Positions 50,245 through 63,054 of a stretch of 64,000 bases of DNA are shown here, piece by piece. The first letter of the stretch is position 1. Every line of letters starts with the position of its first letter. Origin of the DNA: Oikopleura dioica. Lineage: Eukaryota; Animalia; Chordata. The position numbers and the translations under genes are program-made. Location of the stretch: contig OU015566.1 of the NCBI GenBank assembly GCA_907165135.1, positions 11,284,001 to 11,348,000 on the forward strand, written 5' to 3'. The notes below the pieces were generated by a model, which worked only from the letters and a program-made list of their open reading frames with translations, was not told the origin of the DNA and ran no database searches.

Positions 50245-53200
50245 TTATCGAAAGAGCCCGCTTGATACCGTTATATCGGCAAATATTGGGGGATAGTCGT
50301 TGTTGTTTTTCTTCGCGTTCATCGCTGAGGATGTCGAGGATCTAATTTCAGCGCTTGAAATGTCTCCTCTAAGCGTGAGCAACGATTTGATGTGCTCAGC
50401 TGTTAAATCCGAGTATCTTCCGACCATTGAGCTCAATTCTAGCTCTATCATATCTGGACTCGATTTTAATAAATCGGCAATACTTCGGATGACATCTGTT
50501 GCAGAGGCAGCACTATCTTTTGAGTTGGAGAGCTCTTTAAAATATCTTTTTGGGGATGAAAAAGCGTCCTCACTTGGGATACTCGAGGTGTTATTTAAGA
50601 ACCGAATAATATTCTCTGGGTGTCTCTGTGCTCGAGGCTATGTTAGTTTTGGAACGCGTGATGAATCACTTTTTAAACCCCTTTCCTTCCAAGATAATCT
50701 GCCTCGATCAAGAGTTGATCGGAGACCTCTCTTCTCTCTGTGTCATTTTCGTAGCCAGAAGCGCTGAATTTTATTTTCCCGTTTGCCGGTTGAATGATTG
50801 CCGCTACATATCGAACAGTGACACGTCTCTCGAGCTCCTTGATCAAACTGCAAAAGGGAAAATTAATAATTTGCCCTTCTCCATTGTGGCCGTTGAAACT
50901 GCAATTGTGGCAGGTTTGTTACCTAAACAAGTGCTCCGGGCGCAGCGATGCAAAGTCTTTCGAGTAGTCTGTCACCGTGGCGACAATGGTGTCAACTGGT
51001 CGCCCGCCAGGTGTCCCTGACGATTCAAGCCACTCTGATTTTGTCATGATTTGACCGAGGACCTCATTCAGGTCCATCATCACTTCCTCGACCAAAAATG
51101 AGCATCCTTTCTCAGCAGCGTCGTCGGCGATTTTGGAAATTGGACTATCGAAGCTGTCTGAAAAATTCTCATTTTACTACCTCTTCCTAGATTTTTGAGT
51201 TTTTTACGACCAGCGAAAGTAAGGAAACTGTCGCGACACTAATTTCAAAATTATTTTATTACCTCGTTGTATTTGGAACTTTGCCGCGACATCAGTAAAA
51301 TTGTCCGCGAGCGTCTTGCAATTATTGATCGTTGCTACGGTGTAATTATGATACCACTGCGCAGCGTTACGCGTCCTCAGATGCTGGTCTTTGAATTCTG
51401 ACAATGCGCCGATAAGCTTTTCGAAGAACTCTCTCATCTCCAAGACGATGTCATTAAACACCCTGTCTTTTATCTCGTCGCTGATTTGTTTGGTTACGCC
51501 GAGGATTTCCGAAACCATTTGAGCAAGAATAACCGGCAGGTCTGTAACAAAGTAGCCATCAGCATCTCCACTTGGTGGGTCTGTTTTACGCCACTCTCTC
51601 GATTCCTGCGTGACAGCGTTTGACAGCCAAGCCTTGATATTCTCCTTGGTCGAACCAATGTAAACATTTATAAGCGCATTTTGTTCCGATCCATCGAGTA
51701 GTTCTGGGATTCGCTCTTTGGAAATTCCTAGCTCCGGGTTTCCCATGTAATTTTCGCTCGCATAGTGATTGAGGAAGATTAAAAGCTCGATAATTGTCTT
51801 GCCTTCAATTCCCTCGCGAATAAGACGATTGATTTCTGTAGCAAATGCGATGTGATACCAGTTTGTGAAACGGTCAAAAATGTTCCAACTCGGCGGGAAG
51901 CACGGAGCCACGATGTGTTTTAGAAGGATGAGCTCCGTAACGGAATCGCTTCCGATCTTTCTGGGTTTGGGTAAGCAAATTGCTCAGAAAGCGTGACCTC
52001 ATTTTTATGCGCTCTTTGTTTTGCGACATAAGTCTTTCATAATAAACAAAAAAGGGACGGGACATATTAATTATTGACCCACGGGATCGATCCACTAACA
52101 CAGTGCTCCTAAAGATTCTTATATGTTTGCTTATCCCTTCCTAAGTTGGCTCCCGAGCCAGCCATCGCCAGCTTTCTTCTCGATTCTGAACTTTGCTTCG
52201 ATCGTGCCCTTCAAGCTCTCAAGCACTTGCTCTCTCCATTCTTTAGGCCGGCCCGGGGGTGCGAAACCCGAATAGGTTTTTCTCCTACTAGTCTCTTGAT
52301 CGATCGAGGTCTCTCGCTCAATAATTCGCAAAGCGCTGTGACGAGCTTTAGTGAGTCACTACCTCTCTTTATTTGAATTAAAAATCATTTGCTTTCAAAA
52401 AGGAAGTCTGACGAAAAACGCCTCTCTTGACAGTCTCTCTCTATCTCTCTTTGGCGCTAATATAAACTAAATGACGCTGTAAAGGAACGTTACATAAGAA
52501 AACTCTTTTGACAACTGCGCGAACTTTCTAAGGATAAGTTTTTAAAGCTCTGCCTGACAAGCAGCTCCGGCTTGGACTTTGCGATGGAAAAGGAGTCGGT
52601 AATAATACTCGAGATTTTTCTAAAAAGATGGAGGATAACGCAAATATGTAAAAAGTAAATATAGACTTGAGGCAATAGAGAGTCTAGCTCAAAGTTCATT
52701 CTTTACCTGTACAGTTCGTTTGATACAACATCGACATCTTGAAAGTATCGATTCAGAAGTGTGACATCTCCTTGACTTCCGTTTTCCAGTTTGTGCTGCT
52801 CGTACAAAAGCTCATCCCGTGATATCTCAAGCTCTCTTATTGTCTTGTGAGCTTCGAGCAGCTTTTCTTCTTTGAGCTGATCTCTCGCTGCTTCCACACT
52901 TTCTGGCACTGTGAAGATTTGTCGCAAGTTATCCATTGCCGAGCTTAGCTGACGATGTTCAGCAGAGATGTCTTTGATTTCTCGAATGTGCTTATCATGG
53001 AAGGCAGTGTCCATCATTTCTTCCACTGTCTTCATCGTTTTACGAACTTCTTGAACATTTTCAATGGCGGACTTTAGCTGCTCAATGCCAAATCGAACAC
53101 CATCAAGTTGAGAATGAACGGCAGTTTTGAGGCGCGATTCGACACCCATCCGTTTCCGGGCGATTCCTATTATAGAAACAATAAATAATTGAGAGCAGTA

Positions 53201-53326
53201 ACTACCTTTCTTGTATTGATCCACTTTATCCAGCTGATCGGGTCGTTGGAGCAGTTGTGCAACTTTCTTTAGCGCTCGTTTTTCAGCTTCTGCTGTATCG
53301 ATTTGAAGGTCATTTTCGAATTTCAT
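50245..53326 (-). CDS. EXOC3: Exocyst complex component 3 (Sec6)
   Basis: VAQLLQRPDQLDKVDQY; VESRLKTAVHSQLDGVRFG; NLRQIFTVPESV; LLEAHK; LRIIERE...GFAPPGRPKEW; CFPPSWNIF; DADGYFVTDLPVILAQMV; LLTLRGD. Confidence 0.95.
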
Positions 53327-53643
53327 TCTCCAGTTTTTTAAATTTAGTACTTTCTAATTAAGTTTGTGTTAATTACTCTCAATAAATAATTTAATTCATA
53401 AATCACATGATGTGTTTGTGAAGATTTGGAGGCAGTAAGGTAAACAGTTTATAACTGACTTTGTCTTCAAGGTCTTTGAGGTCGATTACGCATTCGTGGA
53501 TTAGATGAAGTATACTCAGTGACGCTTGAGAACGGATAGATATTTACTTTATGAGGCCAAAAAGGAAAAGTTATGGATACACTATTAAATCATTGTCAAA
53601 GATAGTCATAAAGCTATCAGGCAATTAAATTTGACGGATTAAT

Positions 53644-54826
53644 TCAATAAGAATCCGAGCCTAAGATCGTGATGAATCCTGTACTAGACCAAAACAATTT
53701 CCTTGCTGCTGCGATAGAGTTGATGCCCAGACTCCACTGTGCCTGATAGTAAGCCATGATGCTCCCACCCATCGCAATTGCAACGAGTGGCATGTATCGA
53801 AGCCAGAATGTGGAATTCTCACTTTCCCCGCAGCTCTGGATCTTGTGATTTTTAGAAAGTTCTTCGTGAGCAAACCAGGTCAACAAAGCGAAACAGAGGA
53901 TTGACCCAATTGACCAGACTTGATCCCAACGGCCCGTTATTCCAAGCATTTTATAGCCAGCGCGGTGGTACTCCGGGTTCCGCTCAACAGCGAGCCCGTA
54001 AAAATGGGGAAATTGCCAGAAGAAAAGCAAACCAGTCGGGACAATCCAGAAGTTATTTACAAACTCTCCGCCTGTATTAGTCAAGTAGCCCATAAGCGGC
54101 GGAATTGCACCGACGAATGCACCAATTTGCGTGTTTATCCAGCTTTTTCGCTAAAATTAAAGATTCTCGTTGTTGATTTCTTTTTAAAGCCGTACCTTCA
54201 AAGTAGTGTAAATCCAATAATACAGCCAGACATTGAACACTCCGAGTCCCGCTACAGTCGCATTACAACCGGCCGCTAGAACTGCACCGCCGTAGACAAC
54301 ATTTTTCATTCCTCTAACTTGCGCTTCATAATGAGCCAAATCATATCCGTTGTAAGATCCTCTCTTGACGAGTTCTCTCAGCCTAGTTCTTTCCATTTGA
54401 CGGTCGTATGGGACTTCGTGTTTTTGGTTGAAAGTGTTAGCAGCAAGACCAAGTCGGTATATTCCGTAATACAAGCAACCAAGCTCTAGCAAATTAATAC
54501 TAAAAATAAGTTCCTTCAATTTATTTTTCAAGGTACCTAAATGGATATCCAACCATCATGTACCCAATAATCCCGGCCAGTCCGTTTGACCGGGAAAGTG
54601 CATCCTTCCCGACTCCCTTATGAAAAGCCCGATCGGGGGAAAAAGAAGGTCGCAAACTGCCCCAACTTGAAAAGTTCGTTGTCAATTTTCTCAGTTCACC
54701 TTCCTCTGCATCGCCATTTTTGATGATCCCAGTGACTCGAGGATCAATGGATTTTACGCCAAGCGCTGCCTCGCACTTGGGCGACTTTTTCAAATAAACA
54801 GCGTAAGATCTACTGGCCCGAATCAT
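53644..54826 (-). CDS. COX10: Protoheme IX farnesyltransferase (heme O synthase)
   Basis: AANTFNQKHEVPYDRQMERT; NTQIGAFVGAIPPLMGY; FFWQFPHFYGL...EYHRAGYKM; ARKLFWSS. Confidence 0.9.
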
Positions 54827-55003
54827 CTCATTGTCTGCAGAAACTTTTTCAGCTCTGAAACAAAAGCAATCAAAGAAACATTTTTGCAGCTATTTTTATT
54901 GAAAAGCGCCCGATTATTATGACAGTAAAAGGAGGTTTTCCGCTTTTGATTTGCGGATTGAAGATAAAGGGAATGTACAAAAAGTAAGCTGGCAAGACGA
55001 AAG

Positions 55004-55668
55004 TTAAAGAAGAAAAGCCAGAAGAAAGATCGTCGCAACGATTATGAAAAAGGGCAGACAGCTCTTTAGAAATCCGCACATGTTCACGAAACGGCCTCGA
55101 ATAAGCAGCATCTTTATTTCAAGGTTTCATTATTGTCTTATCGTTAACCAAGAATTGGAATGAAGAAAAATCTATGAAACCATGCCCAACATACACTGAC
55201 CATATTCCAGTTTGATTTGCCCTTGTATTCCATCAGATTCATAGCCATCGCTACGTGGCTGTGGCAATTATCGCTAAAAATCGTTTAAAAACATAGAAGG
55301 GCGGCGTAAAAATTACCAGCAAAGATTGTGCATTCGCCCGTTATATTCATCGGAGGCTTCTTTTACAGCTGTATCCCATTGTTTTCCGCTGATATTTGTT
55401 GGGTCGAGTTGCAAATAGCGCGTGGTCTTGCCAAATGCAAGATTATCTTCAGAAACGTAATATGGACCCGCAAAATCACGAATGACGCCATTCGAGTAGG
55501 CAATCCCTAAAATTAACATTATCTTCCATGATTTCAACTGTCCTTACCAACATGCCCGATGAAAGGCAAAAACCAAGATATGCAAGGAAGAGGAGTCCAA
55601 ACGATACAAAAAGGAAATCGATCTTTTTTGATATCAATTGGCTTCATGTTTTCTGATTCCTCGACCAT
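55004..55668 (-). CDS. TMEM222: TMEM222 (DUF778)
   Basis: [25 protein letters not shown]; [20 protein letters not shown]; [13 protein letters not shown]; NWNMV; final exon [19 protein letters not shown]. Confidence 0.92.
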
Positions 55669-55791
55669 CTACGAACTAAAGAAAAATTATATTTTAAATA
55701 TAATCTAGTGGCCTATTTATGCAGTGATAAAAACATGTGTTAGGCTGGCAGGATACAGTAAAGTTCGATTGAGTGTTACAACGAAATAAAC

Positions 55792-57855
55792 CTAATCCCA
55801 AAGTTTGATCGTCCCGTCCCACGAACAGGTAACGAGTTTCGATGGCTCCTTGGGCAGCCATGTTGTGCAAATGACAACTTCATCGTGTGCCTGTAAAATG
55901 TTTTAACGGCTATAAACTTTTGAAAATAATACTTTGAACTTTGAGTAAAGCCTCGTTGTTTTCCAGTCCCAGATGTGAACTTTTCCCTGTCCATCTCCGG
56001 AGCAAAGATAGCTCATGTCAGGACTAAATGTTGGAACGCAAGCGTAACCGGCGACGAGATGGCCTTTGAAGATCTTCTTTCTCTTTGGCCGGAACTTGCC
56101 GCCAGTACAGTCATAGGTTTGGATGGTGTTGTCAAGAGATTGGAAACAGACAAATCGATTGTCGGGAGATTTCACCGCAGCGGGCATGGAGTGCATACCT
56201 GAAAATAAATTGAAATGCTGTCGAGAATGGGATCATACCCGGATCGGCGATATATTTAAAATCGACTGGAATGTCCCATTCCCAGACACGAATAGACTTG
56301 TCATCCGAAGTCGTTACAAATCTCTTGTTATCATCAATAAACGTAATCGAGTTGATTGGATTCAAATGACGATCGTATTCTTGAACGATATTCCCAGATC
56401 TGATATCCCATGCAGAAACCTTCAACAAGTAAATGATCAGAAAAATGGATTTTTTTTTACCTTTTTGTCATTGCATCCAGCAAGGAAAATATGTTGTTTA
56501 TCCGCATCAGGGTTGAATTTGACAACATAAGGAATCTTTCTATTCGTGAATTTTGAAATGCACTTGCCAGTTTCTGTGTCCCAATATTTGATGAATCTAT
56601 CGTACGAGGCGCTGAGAAAATGTTCGCCTAAAAATCTTCATAAAAATCAAGAAAAGAAACAAATAAGGAACCTTTGATAGTCATATCAGATTGCCTGACA
56701 CCCTTCGAGTGCCCATCATAAGTTCTCAACAGACGCCTCTTTCCATACGTCTCCCATAATTTCAATTTGCAATCCATAGAAGTAGATAACAGCAAATGAC
56801 CAGTGCCCGGAAAGAGCTGAATATTCGTAACTCCTTTTTGATGTCCTTTGAAAGTGTGAATGAGTTTCTTCGGCAAATAGCATCGTTCCACAGTGTGCGT
56901 CTCTTTCCAGTTGACGCCCTGGTCCATAGGAGGGTGGAGGTAATTTCTGCCCAAGTAATCGTTGGGATCTGAAAATAAACATGTCAGAATGTCAACACAT
57001 AGAAAGTCTTACCGTTGATATGAAGCTGCGTCTTTTCCATAACGACATCGTCATCATCGTCATTCGCTTTCGACCTGTTGTTTCGTTGCTGTCGCTTGCG
57101 AATTTTACCTAACACAATATTTATAACCTAACGATCCAACATTTATTTACCTAGAATATCATCGAGCTCTTCTCTAACTTCACCGCTTGGATTCGTTTCC
57201 TCCATGGTCTTCTCGTCTTTATACTTTGCCCAAGGTCCCTTCCACCCCTCGATGTCTCCAGCATCATCATTTTTCGCACGCTTTCTTTTCTTTCTTTTCA
57301 CATTCATCCAGACACTGCCACCTTGTTCGACAGCTTTACCGTCGATTCCGTGATAACTTGTCACGGTTTTCATATCCTACAAAAATTTAAGGACATTTAA
57401 TGAAAAGCTCAGCTTCAAACCTCATCAGCGCTATCGAAATTCTTTGATGGATCAATGGCCGTTCCATAGGAATGATAATTTCTTCGTTGCGTTTCGAAGG
57501 CAAAATCAGAAATGTGCTCCTTCTCAGCATAACCAGCCAGGGTGTTTCGCTCGGCCGCTGCTTGATTACTTTTCAATGGATTTGACGGCCCCTGTTCTGG
57601 CATATAAAGTTCTTCGACAGTTGGATTGAAGACGATCTCTCCTTTTGTTGTATCGACACTTCTGCCGTTGTGAACATCGTACTTTGTGATGACATTTGGT
57701 GCAACGACGATATCTGTTGACGTCTTGATTGGTTCTGGCTTCTTCATATTCGTCATATGAGAAATGGCATCGGCATGCTTGACGCAATTCAAGTTCTCCT
57801 CGTCCGACTCAGAGTCGGAGCCTTTGTAAGCTCCGAGCGCGGCCAGAGTCGCCAT
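55792..57855 (-). CDS. CDC40: Pre-mRNA processing factor 17 (WD40)
   Basis: [18 protein letters not shown]; GHLLLS.SMDCK.KLWE; FLSASYDR; [15 protein letters not shown]; [15 protein letters not shown]; [11 protein letters not shown]; AHDEV...WDGTIKLWD*. Confidence 0.95.
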
Positions 57856-57988
57856 TTCAATTGCTTCACTCTGAAAGAAATATCTATTTTTGCTGATTAT
57901 AGAGCAATTTACATTTATTTCAGTACACAAATATGTTCAATAAATTTACAGAATATACAGAAATTCAGAAATATGAGAAGTTACAGTA

Positions 57989-60392
57989 TCAATTTTCTAG
58001 GCTGGGCACGCTATCTTCGGAGATCTGGAAAAGGAGAGGTTTTCCCGTCTCCTTATCATTCAACTGGTAGTAAAACTTTCCATCGAGATGAATAAATTGC
58101 CCTTCCGAAGGTATCTTCAACTTCGAATCAACTTGGGCGATAGAACTCGTTTGTGGATTGGTCTGATCAGTAATTGATGTTGCGCTGGGCTTCATATATT
58201 GGATTGCTTTTGAAGTCGAAGGTAAGGATTCAGCAAAAGGCTTTTTTGACGATTGTTCTTGCGCAGTCTCTTCGGCCTTTCGTTTCTGAGTTTTGAGCTC
58301 AACTTCCGCTTGGAGCTCGGCTGACAGATGTTGAATTCGAGTTTCCATGCTTCCGACAATTGCGAGAAATTGCGAGCCTGGTCTGATATCGCATTGTTCG
58401 ATGTGCGCATCGAGAGTTTTTTTCTTACGAAACATCACCTGATTCAATTGGTTAAAAATACATAGAGATAATTTTTTACCTTGCAATGTGGGCATTCGTA
58501 AATCGTCTTTGATTTCATCCCGAAATCTTGTTGATAATCTTTTATGAACAAGTCGGTCTTCGCTGGAATCGTGTACATTTCTTTCCTTTCCAAATCCGGC
58601 ATATGAATATCTTGGTAGTTTTCAGCTTGAGAACTGTTGTCGAGCATGTAAAATCCATCCGGCTGCAGCAAATATTGAAATCGATGACGTTTTGTTCCTT
58701 CCTTTGGGTCAGCAAATCGAGGATCTTCTTCTTTGTGATCTTTCCGAAAGTGCTGGGAGAGCTTGAATCCGCGAGTGAAGACTTTGTCATGACAAATGTG
58801 ACATTTGTAGCCTTGGAACTGTCAGTAACTGGATATTTCCCACACCTACCTTTGACACTTTCGCCAACTTCCGTCTTTTTGTGCTGAAATCGCTCATGAT
58901 ATCGCAATTTTTTCAACGTCGTTGTTACAAAATCACAGCCAGCGTTCGTGCACTTGAATTCGCCAGACTTGTTGTGCGTTACAACATGCGCCTTGTAATC
59001 CTTGAGCGTTTTGAAATACTTTTCACAGAATGGACATGGGCCGAATTTCCGCTCATCAGAATGAACGTACTGCAAGTGAGTGGCAACTGCGCGAAAGTTC
59101 CGAGCCATATGCTTACAACCATCCACTGGACAGGCGAATTTTCTGTTATGATTTGTCAGGTGGTCACGAAGAAGGACTTTTGTTGGGAAAAGCTTTCCAC
59201 AAACATCGCAAGAATGAGTTCCGTCTTTTGGGTATTGCCGAGCAAAGTGGTCTTCAAGCCGTTTTCCTGTGGAAAGCCGGTCGCAGCAATATGGACAAGC
59301 GATGTTTTTCAAAACAAGATGAGTACATACATGCGCTTTTAGTCTGTTCATCGTTTTGGCGCCCTTAGAATTTGTGTCGACGATGAAATCGCATCCTTCC
59401 CAGTTGCAGCCGATCATTTGATCTTTCTTCCACAGAAGCGGGCTCCAGTAACAGTCGACTTCATCATGCATATGTCGAGCCAGAAACTCCGGAACGAAAG
59501 AAAAGTACGAGCATGGTTCAACTCCTTCTCGTGGAATCACCCATTTGCAAAGTCCTCCGAATTTGTCCATACTTGCATATTGCGCCAAAGGATCCAGTTG
59601 ACGAGCAAGACAAGTGGGAATGCCAGCGGTATTTGCGAACTTTTCGAGGATTTGATGTCTTTTAATAAGTCGAACGCCGCATTCTTCTATCCTGGTTTGG
59701 TGGGCGTGGAAATAGGTATGCCGGAGAAAGTCATCAACGTCCAAAGAATCAAACTCATAGCCACAGCAATCGCCAGTAACAAGAGGCAGGGATTCTCGCG
59801 CCAGAATAGTCCGTCTCCAAGTGCATGTCTTTGGAATGTATTTCAGGAAAAGTTCCTTTGTTTCTCGCAACAGTTCCTGGCGCTTCAAATTGTTTTTGTG
59901 GAAATAGTGGCAAATTAGACTAACGAGTTCTTCGGTGTATTCTTCCGTTGCCGCTCCTTCAGGAAAAAGAATACTCAACACATGCGCCTTCAAATGGTCG
60001 AGATAATCAGCATAGACAGCCAGCTGTTGATCTGACATTATGCTCCCTAATCGGAGATCCATCGGGCACTTCGGATTCTCGATAAAACTCGCGCATAGTC
60101 CACAGAAATAAGGACCGAGTTGTTCGGGCTCATTCCGTCGGTACTCTACCAGGCTTGTTAAAGTCGATTGTTTCGGTGTTTCGACTTCAACGTCTTCGTA
60201 GACAAGATTGTCGTTGTTCTGATGGTTGTTGATGTGAAAAGACTTGTCAAACGTCTCTGAAAACAATTTTAGATTGTTCATCAAACTCCGAATCTTACCG
60301 GATGTGGATGGATTATCCGGCAATTCTTCAATATAACAAGTGTTTAGCTCGCTTTCTGTTGTTTCACTCTCCTGAAACGACTCTAGGTCCAT
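57989..60392 (-). CDS. HINFP: Histone H4 transcription factor-like C2H2 zinc-finger protein
   Basis: FLRHTYFHAHQTR; GCNWEGC; IACPYC; CDVCGKLFPTKVLLRDHLTNH; VHSDERKF. After a 38-nt intron (58812-58849): YKCHICHDKVFTRGFKLSQHFRKDH...RFQYLLQPDGFYML, resembling the recalled HINFP C-terminal CHVCDKCFTRG...RFRYKEHEDGYMRL. Confidence 0.8.
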
Positions 60393-60596
60393 CCTAGACT
60401 TCGAACGAGTTCCGATTCGATTCTGAAAGAACACGAAGATGATCAGTTGTGAACTTGTGAACTTTTTATGTTTGAGCTTGATAAACAGGTTCTGAGAGCC
60501 AGAGCTTTGGGAAGTTCTTCGATGGCCGTCGATCTTTGAAATGACAGGATCTTTTTTGAGTCTCTAGTGGTCGAAAAACTAACAGCTGATAGAGCT

Positions 60597-61659
60597 CTAG
60601 AAAACCTTCCTGAGAGGCTTGTTTAGCTGCGCAATTTGAGCAATTTCTTCGTCAGAAAGAGAAAAATCGAAGAGCTTGGCATTTTCTTCGATTCTTGAAG
60701 GCGTCGCTGACTTTGGGATGACAAGAACTCCTCTTTGGAGTTGATATCGAAGAAGAACTTGTGCTGGAGTTTTTTCATGGTTCTTTGCGATTTGCTTGAT
60801 TATTGTTTCGTCTACCAAAGTTTTGCCGCTTTGATCAAGGGTACGTTCGATGCGTCCGAGAGACATGAAAGAAGTGACAGAAATGTCGTTGTTGAGGAGA
60901 AACTTGACGGATTCTGGCTGATCCAGCCATGGGTGAAGTTCGATTTGGTTGTTTACAGGTTTGATGCGGCAGTTCGAAATGATTTCACGCGTTTGGTCGT
61001 CGTCGAAATTCGATAATCTAAATAAAAATATATTTTTTTCCGGGAAAGCCAATCAATTCTTACCCAATATTCCGGACAAGTCCTTCATCAACAGCTTTCT
61101 CCAACTGAGCCCAGACGTCTAACAGAGGATAATCATCGAAAACGTCCTTCCCAGTCTCGTCCTTGGCAGTTTCAAATGGAAAATCGGCGCCCGCTTCATT
61201 TTCCGCCGCTTTCATGCCCCATGGCGCGTGGATAATGTACAGATCGAAGTAATCACTCTTCATCAAATTTAACGAATGGCGAATTGCGGGGAGGATTTTC
61301 GATGGTTTATGAAAACCAGAGTGGAGTTTCGATGTCACGAAAATGTCTTCTTTAGATGGGATTGAACAATTAAATTTTTTGAAGAAAAAGAATCATGAAT
61401 TTCGTTGAATTTCTTTGAATCCCAAGTCTCTACTTTTTAGGACGCCTTCTTTGATCGATTCTGCGATTGCTTCTCCTACTTCGGCTTCATTCTTGTAAAT
61501 AAAGGCAGTATCTAACAATTTATATCCAGTTTTGATCGCATGCTTCATCGCATCAATTCCAACTCTTCCGTTGAGCTTGTAAGTTCCAAGTCCGACCGCA
61601 GGGATTGAGAAGCCATTTTTGCAGCGGAAGACGCTTTTAGAGAGGGTCGACAGTTCCAT
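60597..61659 (-). CDS. Aldo-keto reductase (AKR1-like)
   Basis: IPAVGLGTY; LLDTAFIYKNEAEVG (catalytic D/Y); VTSKL; DLYIIHAP; LVRNIG|LSNF; NQIELHP; PAQVLLRYQLQRG..VIPKS. Confidence 0.93.
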
Positions 61660-62085
61660 TCTGAATGAGAATTTAAAGATAAGAAAATTAAATAACTCGC
61701 GCTTGATAAGATTTTTTCAAGATGAACACTGTATTGCCATTACAGTTTGGAATATTTGCAGCGAATATCCGATAATATCGAGGGAATAATAACCTTTACT
61801 TCAGAGTCATTTTAAATGTGGAAAGTTTATTTTAGTATAAATCAGGTTGAAATTATGGGACTAATACTAACAACGCTTAGAGTATCAATAGATTCATTGT
61901 AGTCTCTTATGGTTTTTTTTTTAATTTTCGAATCTTCTTTATTCTTCATGTCTTCATTTTTATCTCTTTCTGCAAGAATGAAACAATGGCAGCAGTCACT
62001 ACTAGTATCATATCGGTAGTAGCTCTTTTCGTATCATTTTAAAACATTTTTTTTCTCAAAGTTCTCCGTTTGGACAGCGCCTGGG

Positions 62086-62100
62086 GCCAATCGCCAATCG
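62086..62100. promoter_or_regulatory. Tandem CCAAT boxes in the divergent region upstream of the minus-strand cluster
   Basis: GCCAATCGCCAATCG, ~430 nt upstream of the AKR ATG. Confidence 0.35.
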
Positions 62101-63054
62101 CGCAAAAAGAGAAATTAATTCCTCCAAGGAAAAAGGTGATTCCTTTACTGTCCGGTAGCTATAGTAAGAACACAGTGAGAGTATAATAAGAAGAAAGAGG
62201 ATGAAAGAATGTCATTGATAAGGAAAGGCCGCGAAAATATAGAAGTGAAATCACTAACGCGAAAAAGTTTTATTTCCATATTTGTAATGAATTACGCTCA
62301 AAGCCGTATAAAGACACAGCAAACTTGTGAGCCGACGGACATTGTCCTGCGGTGTGAACAGCTGCAACGAATGTCTACTAGACAGGCGCCAGCATCTTTC
62401 GTCACCTTTCCAGAGGCGCCAAGTTCGTGAGCTGGGATTCCTCGGCGCTGTTGCTAGGACTATTCTGACCAGAGCAGCAGTTGTCGGTATTATTCATCAT
62501 CCTTTGTTCACGAGGAAGAAAAGTATGAAATTAAGTGGGAGGGCTTGGAGCAACCGGATATGCGATTGACAAGAAAGTTCGAACATGGGAAGGAAAGAAG
62601 TCGTGAAATAGGATTTCCATATATTCTTTTCCGCCTGCTGTGCATTAATCTGGCGGATTTCAGAAATAGAGAGGATCGGATAATGAAGTAAGACGTCAGA
62701 CTAAGCACATCCTGTCGGACGGAGCGGGCACCCCATCTCGGACAGGAACCTAGACGTCTGAAATTTTGGCAGACTTGGGATCTATAAACACTCCAGATTT
62801 TGAATTAGCAATCATATTTATATGACCAGTAAATAAACTTCAAATTTTTAATTTTTGCCTTTCAGAAGAACTTTCGGCATGAACGAAAGTAAACTCTAAG
62901 ATTTCCGAATACAACTTATTTGAAGAAAGCCGCGAGCGGCTTATCTTTGAAGAAATTCTAAGCTGTCAGAAAAATAGAAGAAGCTCTTTTGATTCTTCCG
63001 AAAATATTTCGTTTCCTTTTCTTTGGAAAATATTTATCATTTTTTTCCGCGAGG

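Noticed and set aside
58542-58849. Apparent frameshift or alternative C-terminus in the zinc-finger ORF
   Set aside because: A canonical 38-nt GT-AG intron (58849-58812) restores the HINFP-like finger.
62209-62700. Same-frame ORF pieces interrupted by two stops
   Set aside because: No recognisable homology and no convincing splice model; cannot distinguish from promoter-region noise.
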